From: Candidatus Omnitrophota bacterium
Lineage (GTDB): Bacteria; Omnitrophota; Gorgyraeia; JAHJTE01
Direction of reading: 5' to 3'
Assembly: GCA_040753675.1 (NCBI GenBank)
Contig: JBFMEB010000008.1
Span: 6,736-70,735, forward strand
Length of the DNA: 64,000 nucleotides
Part shown: piece by piece, positions 1 through 12,000 of the stretch
Layout: every line of letters begins with the position of its first letter
Numbering within the stretch: position 1 is the first letter of the stretch
Program-made: the position numbers and the translations under genes
The notes under the pieces: generated by a model
Database searches by the model: none
Told to the model about the DNA's origin: nothing
Seen by the model: only the letters and a program-made list of their open reading frames with translations

Positions 1-1
1 A

Positions 2-3000
2 AACGATTGGGCGGCAGCAGTCAAAGTTGATATAGCTGTAAATGTGGGAGGTAAAATTGAAGGTCCTCACCCGACCCTTACTGTTATTACTTCCAGAAAG
101 AATGGCCCCGAAGGGCTCTTAGATTATCTGGCTATTCTTGAGCAGGTTTTATTAAATGCTGATACATCATTTGAAACTGCATTTTCTCAAGAAGCAAGGG
201 ATAACAATAATCTCACTAAGGCAGTTTCAGTTGAGTGGTATGGGGATGATTATCCCGAGAATCAGACTACTGTATACGAAAACACAAGAAATATCGAAGC
301 ATACATTATGCTAAGGTTGAATAAGCGAGTAGCGCAGCCGCAGAAACAACTCTTGATGCGCGTATGGGGCAATTTATTGGATAATCCGCATTCATGGTTT
401 GAGATTCCTATGAAGATAGTGAATGATTATCAAAATGGTAGTTATCGCTTTAGAGGCATTTTGCCTCAGTTCTTTTCAGGTACATTTACTTACAGGTGTT
501 CACTCGATGGTGGTAGAACTTGGTTCTGGTTGAATAAGGGGCCTCAGGACAATAGGGTAATTATCAATAAGCTTGAGCCATCAGCAGAGTTAAGTGAAAG
601 AGAAACATTTATTCAATTTGCGCCACCTCGCACATCTCTAAGAAGTATGACTGAACAAGCACCAGACACAGAGCAATTCTACTATAGTAATAAGGATAGA
701 GGAGACGTTGCGAGGTTTACTCAAAATATTGCTGGAGATAAACGCTTTGTATACTATTTTGCCAGAGCACAGGTTAGCCAGGCAGAAGGCGAAGAAAATA
801 GGGTAATTTTTGCAGATTATATTGAGGGCAAAGACAAAAGGTTAGGTGGCTCAATCGCAATATACTTTACTAAAAAAGATATGACCATAACTATTGAGAT
901 GAATGGCGCAATGCAAAGTGAAACGGTAATATCAGATGACGCAGAAGAAGAGACGCGTGGCGAGCGAGGTTGGGATAGAGCCAAAATAGTAGTCTTTTTA
1001 GATGATGATTATACAGTGCGTAGCGTTGAGCATCTCAGGAGTTCTATGGGCCTGTCGCGGATTGCAATTTCGATATTATTGACTGATGCCGGTATCCCTC
1101 GTCTATTACCAGAATTATATAGCATTTTAAAAAGACAATTATCCCTATCAGATGTTGATGATCTATTGCGCCACGTTGAAAAAATAGATAATCAAATAGC
1201 ACCTCTAAGTTTGATTTCTCATATTAATGGCCTGCTTGCCTCTAAAAAAACGCAGGATATCACAGATGAAGATATTCTAAGAGTCAGAGACTTAATATAC
1301 TGCAAGAGCTGGATTATAAGAAGAATCACGTTAAAATGCCTATATAATTTAGTAAAGCATAATAGGTTCTCGGCTGAAGAGTTAGAAGAGCTAAGAGATT
1401 TTTCATTACGGAGTAATATTGCCGAAGATTTACATATATTCAGAAGAATGTTCATAGAAGACCCCCAGAGCATCGTCGATACGATTAATTCATTGTTTAA
1501 AATCCAGATAAACAGTCAAGACTTGGCACATGCTTATATACGCTGGTTTGGTGCAGGGCAAAATAAGAATATTTATAGGGCCACTATATTTTTACGCTCC
1601 GGCAAAGAATTCAGTATTGCCTTATCTACAATCAGGCATGATCCTATCGGAGAAGGCTTTGATAGAAAAAGAATTGATGAAGCTACAGAATTTTGGCGAG
1701 AATTATCTAATAATAATTGTCCTCAACTTTGCAAGTTTGGTATGTCGTTATGGGCCGAAGACTATAGGCCGCGCATAGCAGATAAACCTATTTTGCCTAC
1801 GCTAAAGAGGCAGGCATACGATACGAGCCGTTTGATTAGTAATGATGTACAAGTCGTATTGCGAGAGTTTGTAGAAGGTCATGACTTACAGCAGAGTGTA
1901 GATGAAGAGAATATTTCTCCGGAGGAGAAGCGAAAGGCAGTATCAACTTGTGTAAGACTAGTTAAAGGTCTTTGGAAATTTTCCTCCCAGCAGTTTTATA
2001 TAAGTGATTATAAACCAGCTAATATTGTATTGACCAAAGACGCAGAGGGGCAATTTGTAGCCAAGATAGTTGATTTAGATATACTGAGGGCAAACGGAGA
2101 GATTTCTGATTTGCTAGATTCTATGGAAAGCTATTCCTGTTATAAAGAATATCTTGCCGGATTAAAAGAATCGCTTGAATCAAGGCATAGCATCACTGGC
2201 GTTACTGCTAGAGAGCCCATAGATGCCTCGAGTCGCGGAAACAGCCGCGAAGGAGTTACTGCACTCATCAGCCAATTTGGCGGCATTGAGGCAATCATCC
2301 AGCAATTTGGCAGTTTAACAATTCAACAGATTAAGGAATTATATCAGATACCAGAATCAGACTTAACTCGTTTAGTTAATTTAGGTGTGCAGTTTACCCG
2401 TGGCCCTCCTGAACTTGGCGTTGCAAATCACTTCCAAGAAAATACTATTTACATTTTAATTCCTGTAAACGCAACTCTCCAAGAAGTCTCTCATGAAATA
2501 TTCGCAGTTCTTAATCCAGAAGTAACCCACCAGCAGAACCCCATCCGCCTTGCCATCAACAATCCTGGTCCTTCTGAATTTGAAATAATCCGCCAATACT
2601 TGAAAGGCAACTTATCCAGCATACAGCTTGTAAATGTAAACGGCGTATCACCTGCTAATCTGCATTACTTATTAACCAAGGACTTGGCAGCAGAGCCAAG
2701 CTTTAGACAATGGTTTAACCAGAATATCTTTGCTACTTCTTCTGGCTTAGCCAGTAAGGATACCTCTGGCAAAGAAGTTGAGCTCTTATCTGTAACTGAG
2801 ATTATTGAGACCAAAGACCTTCCCTGGAAGTCCTTGGATGTTGATGTAGTCTTAGAAGCTCAAGAGGTAAAACTTGCACCTGTGCATATAAACCAAGGCG
2901 CAAAGAGGGTCTTAGTAAATCATCCTTCAATCCTTGCAGTAAGTGCTTTAAGGCAAGTAGTCTTGAGTCTGCCCCAGGATAAGATTATTGCTGTTGAATT

Positions 3001-6000
3001 TACAGATATCCAGCCGCCTACTAATTTACAGCGCGGCTTAGACAATTCTGGTCCTGACCCAGTCTTAATGAGAGCAATGCGTATTAACGTTAGCTCTTGC
3101 TTTAGCCAGGATGTAAAACAGGTCCTTAGCCAGCTTATTCCCCAGTTAGCTCAAATTACCCAAGGCCGCATCCACTTTAGTCCTCAGGCTCAAGGTAGTC
3201 TCTTAGATATACACATAATCTTGAAAGAGGATACTGACATAAAGACCATTAATCAGTTGTTTAAACAAGCTTCTCTGACTAGCTTAAAAGATAGACTCAT
3301 CTACTCTGAGGATAATTCTATAGTCTCATCTGATTTAGCTGCAGAGCCAAAACTCATTTACTTATCCCGCTCTACCAAGGTCACTGGCAAGAGAATAGTC
3401 CACTTACAAGTCTGGCACAATGAGCATACTGGGTTTAGCTTAACCCAATTACCAGAGGTTTTATCTCTCTTGCAAACAAAAACTCCTGGCACTATTATCA
3501 GTTCAAAAGATTTATCAGCTATCCCAACTAAACTCGAACAACTCCTTAGCTGGGTTAGGACTCAAAGGCAAGATTTATCTATTAGTTCTGGTACCTCATC
3601 TTACTTACCTCATCCTACTCGCAAACTTCCTAAGATATTGCCGGATGATATCAGGGCAATTGTAGGCATTAATGGCCCAGGCAGAACTGGCCGCACTATT
3701 TGTTGGGCAATGGCTGGCAATCCTAACATTGACCTGCGTATGATCAACGGCGCATCCAGTGCCTTTGTCTTGATGTGGTTATTAGCAGAAGATACTGTGC
3801 AAGCCTCAACCCATAAGCCAGTAGCCAGACTCATCATTACCTATACTCAACTAAAAAGAGAATTAAACACCTTATTAGTAAACTATTCATACGAAGAAGT
3901 CCAGACCATGTTAGAAGGACTGATTAGTTCAAGTAGGCTCTTGGTATTAGAAGAAGATGAGTTTAATAAAGCCTTATCCAAGCTCTTAACTACCTGGGCT
4001 AATCAAAACCCAGAACAGGGAGTGAGTAAACTAAAAGCCTCTCTAATCGCAATATTAGACCTCTCTGGTAAAAAACTCCTCTTAACCAACGAACGAAAAG
4101 CAGTAAGCGAACTTGCCTGGAACCAGGCTGGTATAAACATTATCTTAGAATGTACTGGTGATTTAAAGAATGCAGATGAGGCAAGCCAGCATTTAACTAA
4201 CATCCCAGGCGGCAAGGTCATTATCTCAGCTCCAGCTGAAGGCGCTGGCCAGTCAGTAGTCCTGCCCATAATATTACCTTCTAAGGCAGCCAGGATTGTT
4301 GACAATGCCTCTTGCACTACTAATTGCTTAGTTCCTGCTACTTATGTTTTAGATAGAGAATTTGGAGTTATTGCTCAAGAGATACTTACTGACCATGCCT
4401 ATACCACTGACCAGGTGTTTGGCAAACATGCTCCTCATAAAAAAGAGCCCACCCGAGGAAGAGATGGAGGGATTAACATCCTGCCTGGCTCAACTGGAGC
4501 AGCCACAGCAGCAGCTAAGATTATTACGAGCTTAATTGGCAAATCTGATGGCTGGGCAGTAAGAGCTCCAGTAGTTACTGGAAGCGTGGTAGTTATTACT
4601 GCTGTGCTTAAAGGCAAGGTTAGCCGAGAAGATATACAACATGCCTTAAGAAAAGCCAGTCTTACCTACTTAAAAGGCGTACTTGGCTACACTGTTAATC
4701 CTATTACCTCAAGCAGCCTTATTGGTAATCCAGCTTCCAGCATTGCTGATGGTAATTCTATTCAAGTGATTAACTATGATGAAGAACTTAATCAGACCAT
4801 AGTAAGACTTGAGACCTGGTACGATAACGAAACTGGCTTCTCTACCAGAATGGTTGACCATGCAGTGTATGTTGCAGGCCTAATGCAATTACCCGGAAGA
4901 GTCATTGCTGACATAGGTCCTGATACAATTGAATTATTTAGGAAACATCTACAAGATAATCTATCTACAGAAGGCACTATTCTCTGGAACGGTCCATTAG
5001 GCGTAGTTGAGGTTCCTGTTACAGCCAAAGGCACAGAGGCAATAGCCGATACAATTGCAGGCCTACCTGCAAGTATTACCAAGGTCATTGGTGGTGGAGA
5101 CACCTTAAAGACCTTACCTGATTCTATCCGAAGACAGATGACCCACGTCTCAACTGGTGGAGGTGCATTCTTAGAGGCATTCCAATTCGGCGTTGAAAAC
5201 CTTCCTGGCTTAAAGGCATTAGTTGACCCAGAGACTAAACAATTCAGCCAATTAGATGAGCTGTTAGCTAAATTAAAAGATGGCGATAGCGTCTTAATCC
5301 GTGCTGACTTTAACGTGCCGTTAGATTCCCAGCTCAATGTCACTGATAATACCCGCATTGTTGAGGCCTTAGCTACTATCAGGGATATATTAAATACTAA
5401 AAAGGTAAAGGTGATACTCTTAACCCATCTTGGCAGACCCAATGGCAAGTATGATCCTAAACTTACTACTACTCCCATATATGAGGAATTATTAAGACTC
5501 TTACCTGAATATAAAATACATAAGGTAAATGACTGCGTTGGTGAACCAGTAAGACAATTTATTAAAGATACCTTAGCCCCCGGCGAGATTCTATTGTTGG
5601 AAAACTCCCGCTTCAGATTAGCTGAAGAGCTTAACTCTGATAGCTTCTCTCAAGAATTAGCTAACTTGGCTACTTATTATGTCAATGATGCCTTTGCAGT
5701 AAACCACAGGGCACATAGCTCTAACGTAGGGGTGACTAAATTCTTGAAGTTCGGCCATAAGTTTGCTGGCCGCCTCTTGGAAAAAGAATACCTCCACCTC
5801 AAAGCCCTTTGTGAAAACCCCACTCAACCTCTCATCGTGCTCCTGGCAGGCGGCAAGGTTGCTGACAAGATGCCTATTATCAATGCAGTTAAGGATAAGG
5901 CAATACTCTTCTTAATTGCTGGCAAGATGTCAGTTGCCTTCTTAGAAGCAAAAGGAATTAAAGTAGGCGATTCTTATCCGGATAAGCAAGATGTGGAATT

Positions 6001-9000
6001 AGCTGCTAAGCTCTTAGCTGACCCAACCTTAGCTCAGAAGATCATCCTGCCTATTGACTACACTGTAGTCACCGATGTCTCCACAGGAAAAGATGCCACA
6101 CTAGAGAAAGGAGATGTTCTTCCTACTGATACCTCTGTATTCGAAGCAGCATTTAGAGACTACTTGACTTATTATGTCCCTGACCAGACTCAGGAGGCAA
6201 AGGCAAGAGAACCAAGAGACGCCTCTGCTGAAGGCAAAACTCGCGAAGAAGTTACTACACTCATCAGCCAATTCGGCGGCATCCAGGCACTCATCAACCA
6301 ATTCGGCAGTTTAACAATTCAACAGATTAAGGAATTATATCAGATACCAGAATCAGACTTAACCGGCTTAATTGATTTAGGCGTGCAGTTTATTCGAGGC
6401 CCTCCTGAGCTTGGAGTTGCCAACCATGTTGAAAACTCCCTTACCTATATTATCATCCCTGAAACCGCCACTTCCAAAGAAGTCTCTCACGAAATAAATG
6501 CAGTCTTAAATCCCGAGCTTACTCATGAAGAAAATCCAATCCGCCTAAGTATATCTCTTTACGGACCTCATCCTTCACAAGAAGGGCTAAGGCTCTTATA
6601 TGAGAAGGTAGCAGGAGCACGTCAACAAAAACCAGCTGACTTTAGAATCAGAAGTCTCTATGCCTTCCCGGTTCAAAAACATGGCGCCACCCCTTCTGAT
6701 GCAATAAGTTTTGGTTGTGTTTTAGAAAGCGGCCCAATATTAGAACAGGCAGGAGTAATGGGAGGTATCTCAGCTGGCGAGGCAGAACCCGGAACACACG
6801 AGAGTATAAATGCTGCAATTAAATTCTTTAACGAATATGTAGCCAAAGAATTCATTGGCTTAAATGTCGCAGACCCAGAGAAAATAACTAAAAAAATTAT
6901 TGAATTAGACGATAAGTTTAAGGCTCAAGCTGAAAACAAAGATAAACCTCGTTTCTCTTACATTGGCTCTGAGATTTCAGTTGGTATCTCGATGATTGTC
7001 TCAATTGCCTTTGCTGAGAGATTAGGCGTTCCTTTGGAAATAGTTTTAAATTATCGTTACAATGAATATGCCCTAACCCATAATTTAGCTACAGGACTAA
7101 AGCCTATAACTATTCCAGTAAATTATTCAGTTGTCTGGGAAGGGGGAAAACACGGTGCAGCCAAATTCTTACCAGAATTAGTAGAAGCAGGCATTATTAA
7201 AGATGACAGCCGCTTCCCAAAGGAATTCAAAGACCCTGGGAGAATCGCAAAAGGCGATAAATCCGTTATGCTGGCAATGGTCCCGCCACAAGAGACCCAG
7301 GTCATTGTCTTTGCTCCTACCTGGAGACAGGCTCGTGATATAGGAATTAAGCTTACCAAAAAATATCAGGCCTTACTTAAGGAAAACGGAATTAATATAG
7401 AATATGGCGCTGAATCTGGCCGAACTACTAAACAAGTCTACACCAAAGATAAACGGCTTATTACCTTAGAATTAGTCTTAGATATTTTAGAAGATGCAGT
7501 AAATTCCCTGCCAGAAGAAGAGCAAAGATTTGTGCGCTATGCCTTAGACATTGCCTCTTCTGAAATGTATATACCAGAGATTGATATGTATTACATTGGT
7601 CCTTCTTCTGCCGGCAATGATAGCGGCTTAGTTACAAATGAAGAATTTACTAAATATAAATTAGAACTATTTAAGAGATATCCGCGCTTCATCTCCTGCG
7701 AAGACTGGGCAGATGAAAATAAAATAGAGCACTGGGAATCTGCTAAAGCCATAATGCCGACAATGATTCAGATGAGTGATGATAATGTGGTCTCAAATGC
7801 TCTCCTCATCAGGAAGTTTACCCAGGCAGGAGTAATGAATGCCCATTTACAAAAAGCTAATCAGTCAGCAGAAGAATTGGCTATGATTGAGGCAGTTGCT
7901 ACGAGCCACTTCTTAAATAATGTAGTTATCTTCTCTCACCGCGGCACTCGTCCAGAACTTGAGACATACACTGCAATTTCGGCTATAGCTATGGGTGCAT
8001 TTGCTGGCAAATGGACCTTATGGGGACCTGGAAGAGGTGCTTTAATTGCAGTTATGAATCAGGTAGATGAACTATATAACCAAGGTCCTTATAAAAATGT
8101 TACCGTTACTTATCAAGGCGGCCTTGTTTTAGATCCAAACGGCCCCTATAAAGATTATGGCTGGGCAAAGAGATTGAGAGAAGAGATTGGCTCTGCGGTT
8201 TATAAAAGGCGGCATATTTTAAAGCAACTTTTCAACAATAAGGTGGCTTCTAAAATAATTTATGTGGTGCTTAAAGGCGCAAGAGAAGAACTTGAAGGAG
8301 TTGCTCATCCTAATTTAGATAATATAGCAAAGCAATCTGCTTTAGGATTGATAAATATCGTTGGCGACCAAGGCAATACTCTTAATTTAGTTTTAGAAGA
8401 AGCTGCTAACCTGGGGATGGATGTTATTTCTTTTGCTGGAAAGAATTTGACTGAGCAAATCGAAGGATTAGAGACAAACATTCCAAATCATAATTTCTTC
8501 TCTTTAGAAATAGATAGCAGAGATGTAGGTAGTTTCGATGGTTTTATCCCGCAAATCCTCAGTATGATGAATTTTGAAAATGCCTATACATTGGTTATTA
8601 CTACAGACTCTTTTGACATCGCTCCAATTTTAATTTATTCCAAAAATAGCAGACAATATAAAGGTATAGATAGATTTACACAAGAACAGGCAAGAGAGGG
8701 AAGTTTAGGTGTCATATCAGGCCAGGATATTTTATCTTTGACACTTGGCCATGCGGGTAGATTGGATAAAGTAGATGGCCCGGTTGATACTGGCGATAAA
8801 AATGAGCCTTTTGTCGAAACAGTTCCTGGGTTAACTTATACAAGGAGTCCTTCTAAGATTGTTTTCTTGGTGATGGACGGATTAGGGGATGTGCCTTTTG
8901 ACGCTGATACAGCATTAGAAAAAGCTCATCATCCTAATTTAGATACTTTGGTAAAACAATCTTCTGTCGGATTAGTAGATATTTCTTCCCTGCCAGGCGT

Positions 9001-12000
9001 TACTCCGGGTTCAGGCCCGGGTCACGCTGCCATCTTTGGTTATAACATATTTAACTTTTTAGGAAGAGGCCCAGTAGATGCTTTAGGAGCAGGCCTTAAA
9101 GTAGGGCCTGGCAATGTTGTAGCCAGAGCTAATCTTGCCACGCTAAGAGATGGAAAAGTTGTTGATAGAAGAGCAGGCAGGCCTAAGACAGAGCAAACAG
9201 CAGAAATTGTTAAAAAATATCTTTCTGGCATAGAGATTAACGGAGTAAGGTTTAATTTTTATGCAACCCAAGAATATCGTATGGCGCTAATTATTGAAGG
9301 AGAGGATTTATATCCAGATGTTACAGACACTGATTCAGGAATGGGAGGAGTAGCTCCTTGGCCGGCTCAGGCACGTTCAGAAAAGGGAGTCAAGTTAGCT
9401 GGTTTAATAAATAAACTAACACCAGAGATAAATAGAAGATTAGCTGACAATGAAATTTTACCAGCAGCAAATACAGTATTGCTTAGGGCATTTGATATTT
9501 TAAAACCATTTCCTACTTTGAAAGAACTCTACGGCCTAACAGCTGGTGCAATCTGCACTCACGCTGCTTATAAAGGTATAGCTACTCTAATAGGAATGGA
9601 TGTTATTTCTTTTGCTGGCCAAAGTATTCCAGAACAAATTGAAGCGTTAAGAGCAAACGTCTCAAAATATGACTTTATATATTTTCATATCAAAAAGACA
9701 GATAGCTATGGGGAGGACGGAAATTTTGAGGCAAAGGTTAAGGTAATTGAAGAACTCGATAGCTTTATACCAACGATTCTTGAGATGCTTGATTTAGAAA
9801 GAAGCGATACTTTAGTCCTGACAGCAGACCATAGCACCCCTGCACGGATAAAGGCGCATTCTTTCCATCCTGTCCCTGTGCTTATATATTCTAATAGAAG
9901 CAAACCATCACCCGGCGTAGAAACATTCACTGAGCAAGAGTCCGAAAAGGGAAGTTTAGGCAGAATACCAGCCAAGGTTATTATGCCTTTGACGTTATGG
10001 CACGCTGGTAAGGCGGAGAACTCAGGGCGCTCTGGAGGTTCTCAAAATATATTCTTTAGCATCGTCTCTGGCATTGGATTGGTAACTCCATCTGGCCTCT
10101 CCCTTGAATTAGATTCAATCTCGTATCTATTAATGGCTGGATTATTATTCGTAGGCTTATTGACTCACATTCCAGTTATTGAAGTGCTACGTGCGCATCT
10201 GGAAGAATTGATTTATGCAAAATCAAAGATGCCCTTCTATTATTCTTCTGAGCCGGAAAGGGAAAATCTCTTTATTGGCGTAGATGGCAAAAGAATATTG
10301 ACCAATCAGGATTTTGGAATATTGCTTAACAATTTGCAACTTCTCATAGGTTTTGTCAAAGAATGGCGCGATGGTTCTAAAGATATGCCATTTGCTGATT
10401 ACATAAAAGGCAAAATAGGCGCAGGGTCGCTGAAAGTTGAAATACAAAAAGAGCAAGGCCGTCAGCTAAACTTTAGAATCGGTGATGCCGTTGATATAGC
10501 GATGGATATCGCCACATTGGAGATTATCAATCAAAAGGGCTTGTCATTTTTACCAAGGTCTCAACATTATGCATCGATAGCAAGAGCGCGTTATAGACAT
10601 GAGATGGGAACTGAGGTCTTAATGGACGGCGAAGCCAATATGGGACTGGATACCTTTATTAGCTGGGAAAGAATAATTGAAGATAATATTGACAAAATTT
10701 CCAAAGCAGAAAGTACATTGCAAAAACTAAATTATGTTGGCGAAGACCAAAGTTTTGAAATCAAACTTGATGAAGAGAAAAATGTTGGAGAAGATGAAGA
10801 AATAGCCAAGATTGATGAGCAGCTGTGGCTACAAGATACCTTCTTTACTCTAGATGACCATCAAAACGTAGTGAATTGGCTCAACGGCCTTTATTATAGT
10901 GCTTTTGGCAGTGACGCCTTTGGAAGATTAGATAAACGGGGGACTTTGGAAGAGGCAAATGCGAAACAAAGTGCCCAGGACCTGCATGAACAATTACGTC
11001 AATTAGAAAAAGATGGCAATCTGCCAATGGGTGAGATGGTCGTTCATGAATGGGGTGCTGGCGACGGATTTTCAGCTGCAGTCTTTCTAGATATGATGCA
11101 CCAACTCGACGGGCAACACGGGACAAATTATTATGGAAGGTCAGCATATTATTTGATTGATTATTCCCAAAGAGTTGTTGAAGATTTTGCAGATAAACCT
11201 TATTTATTACCCCACAGACAAGTCATACGATTTATTCAAGCCGATGCCTTAGAGGCCAATGACAGCCTGCCCAAAGCCATTCTCATTAGGGCCAATCTTT
11301 TATTGAATTCTCTGCCTCGAAAGCTGATTAGGATAAGTGGCAGGCGGGGTGATGACATCCAAGAGGTGACGACTCGTGCTTATTTGAATCTTGGGCCTGA
11401 GGAAGAAATCGCGGACTTATCAGGTAAGCGCTACTTGATACCAGAATTAAAACGAATTATTTTAGAAGGCGATGTTGAGGCGCTTAGGAAATTAGGCATA
11501 AACTTTTTCAATCGTATCCAATGGAAGACCAAATACGAGAAAATAGATACTCATTACTACCCTTACAGAGAATATTTAGAGACTCTAGATGACTTAGGTC
11601 CGCGACGATGGGAACCATTTAGAGGAATGGTGACTCTTGAGTTAGGCACCCTATTCTTTTTGCAGCATAGAGTTAATAATCTCAGTAGGGAAGGTAAGAT
11701 ACAAATTAGTGATGCCGGTGTTAGTCCGTTTGATCTTCGGGAAAGTTCGAGCAATAATTTGGGAAAAATATTTAGATTCTACGGAGCGATATATTCCCCG
11801 GTTAATTATCACTTTCTGAAATTTAGCTTAGGGTTATCAATTTCGCTGGGAGTTGTTCACCAAGTCGACTTTGGCTTTGAATTCGTAGAAAGAAGAATCA
11901 AATTATGCAATGTCCTTAATGTTCTACAGGATTTTTCAACTTTTAAGAAGCTTTTCGGCTCTCCCTTTGCAAAGCCGGAAGTTTTGCAGTTAGCCTCAGA

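Noticed and set aside
4792-5478. 228-aa minus-strand ORF and the many other 60-143 aa minus-strand ORFs in the track
   Set aside because: They are Ser/Leu-rich shadows of the + frame, mostly in the phase that shares third codon positions, and show no recognisable motifs. Only 62044..62460 has family motifs and expression signals.
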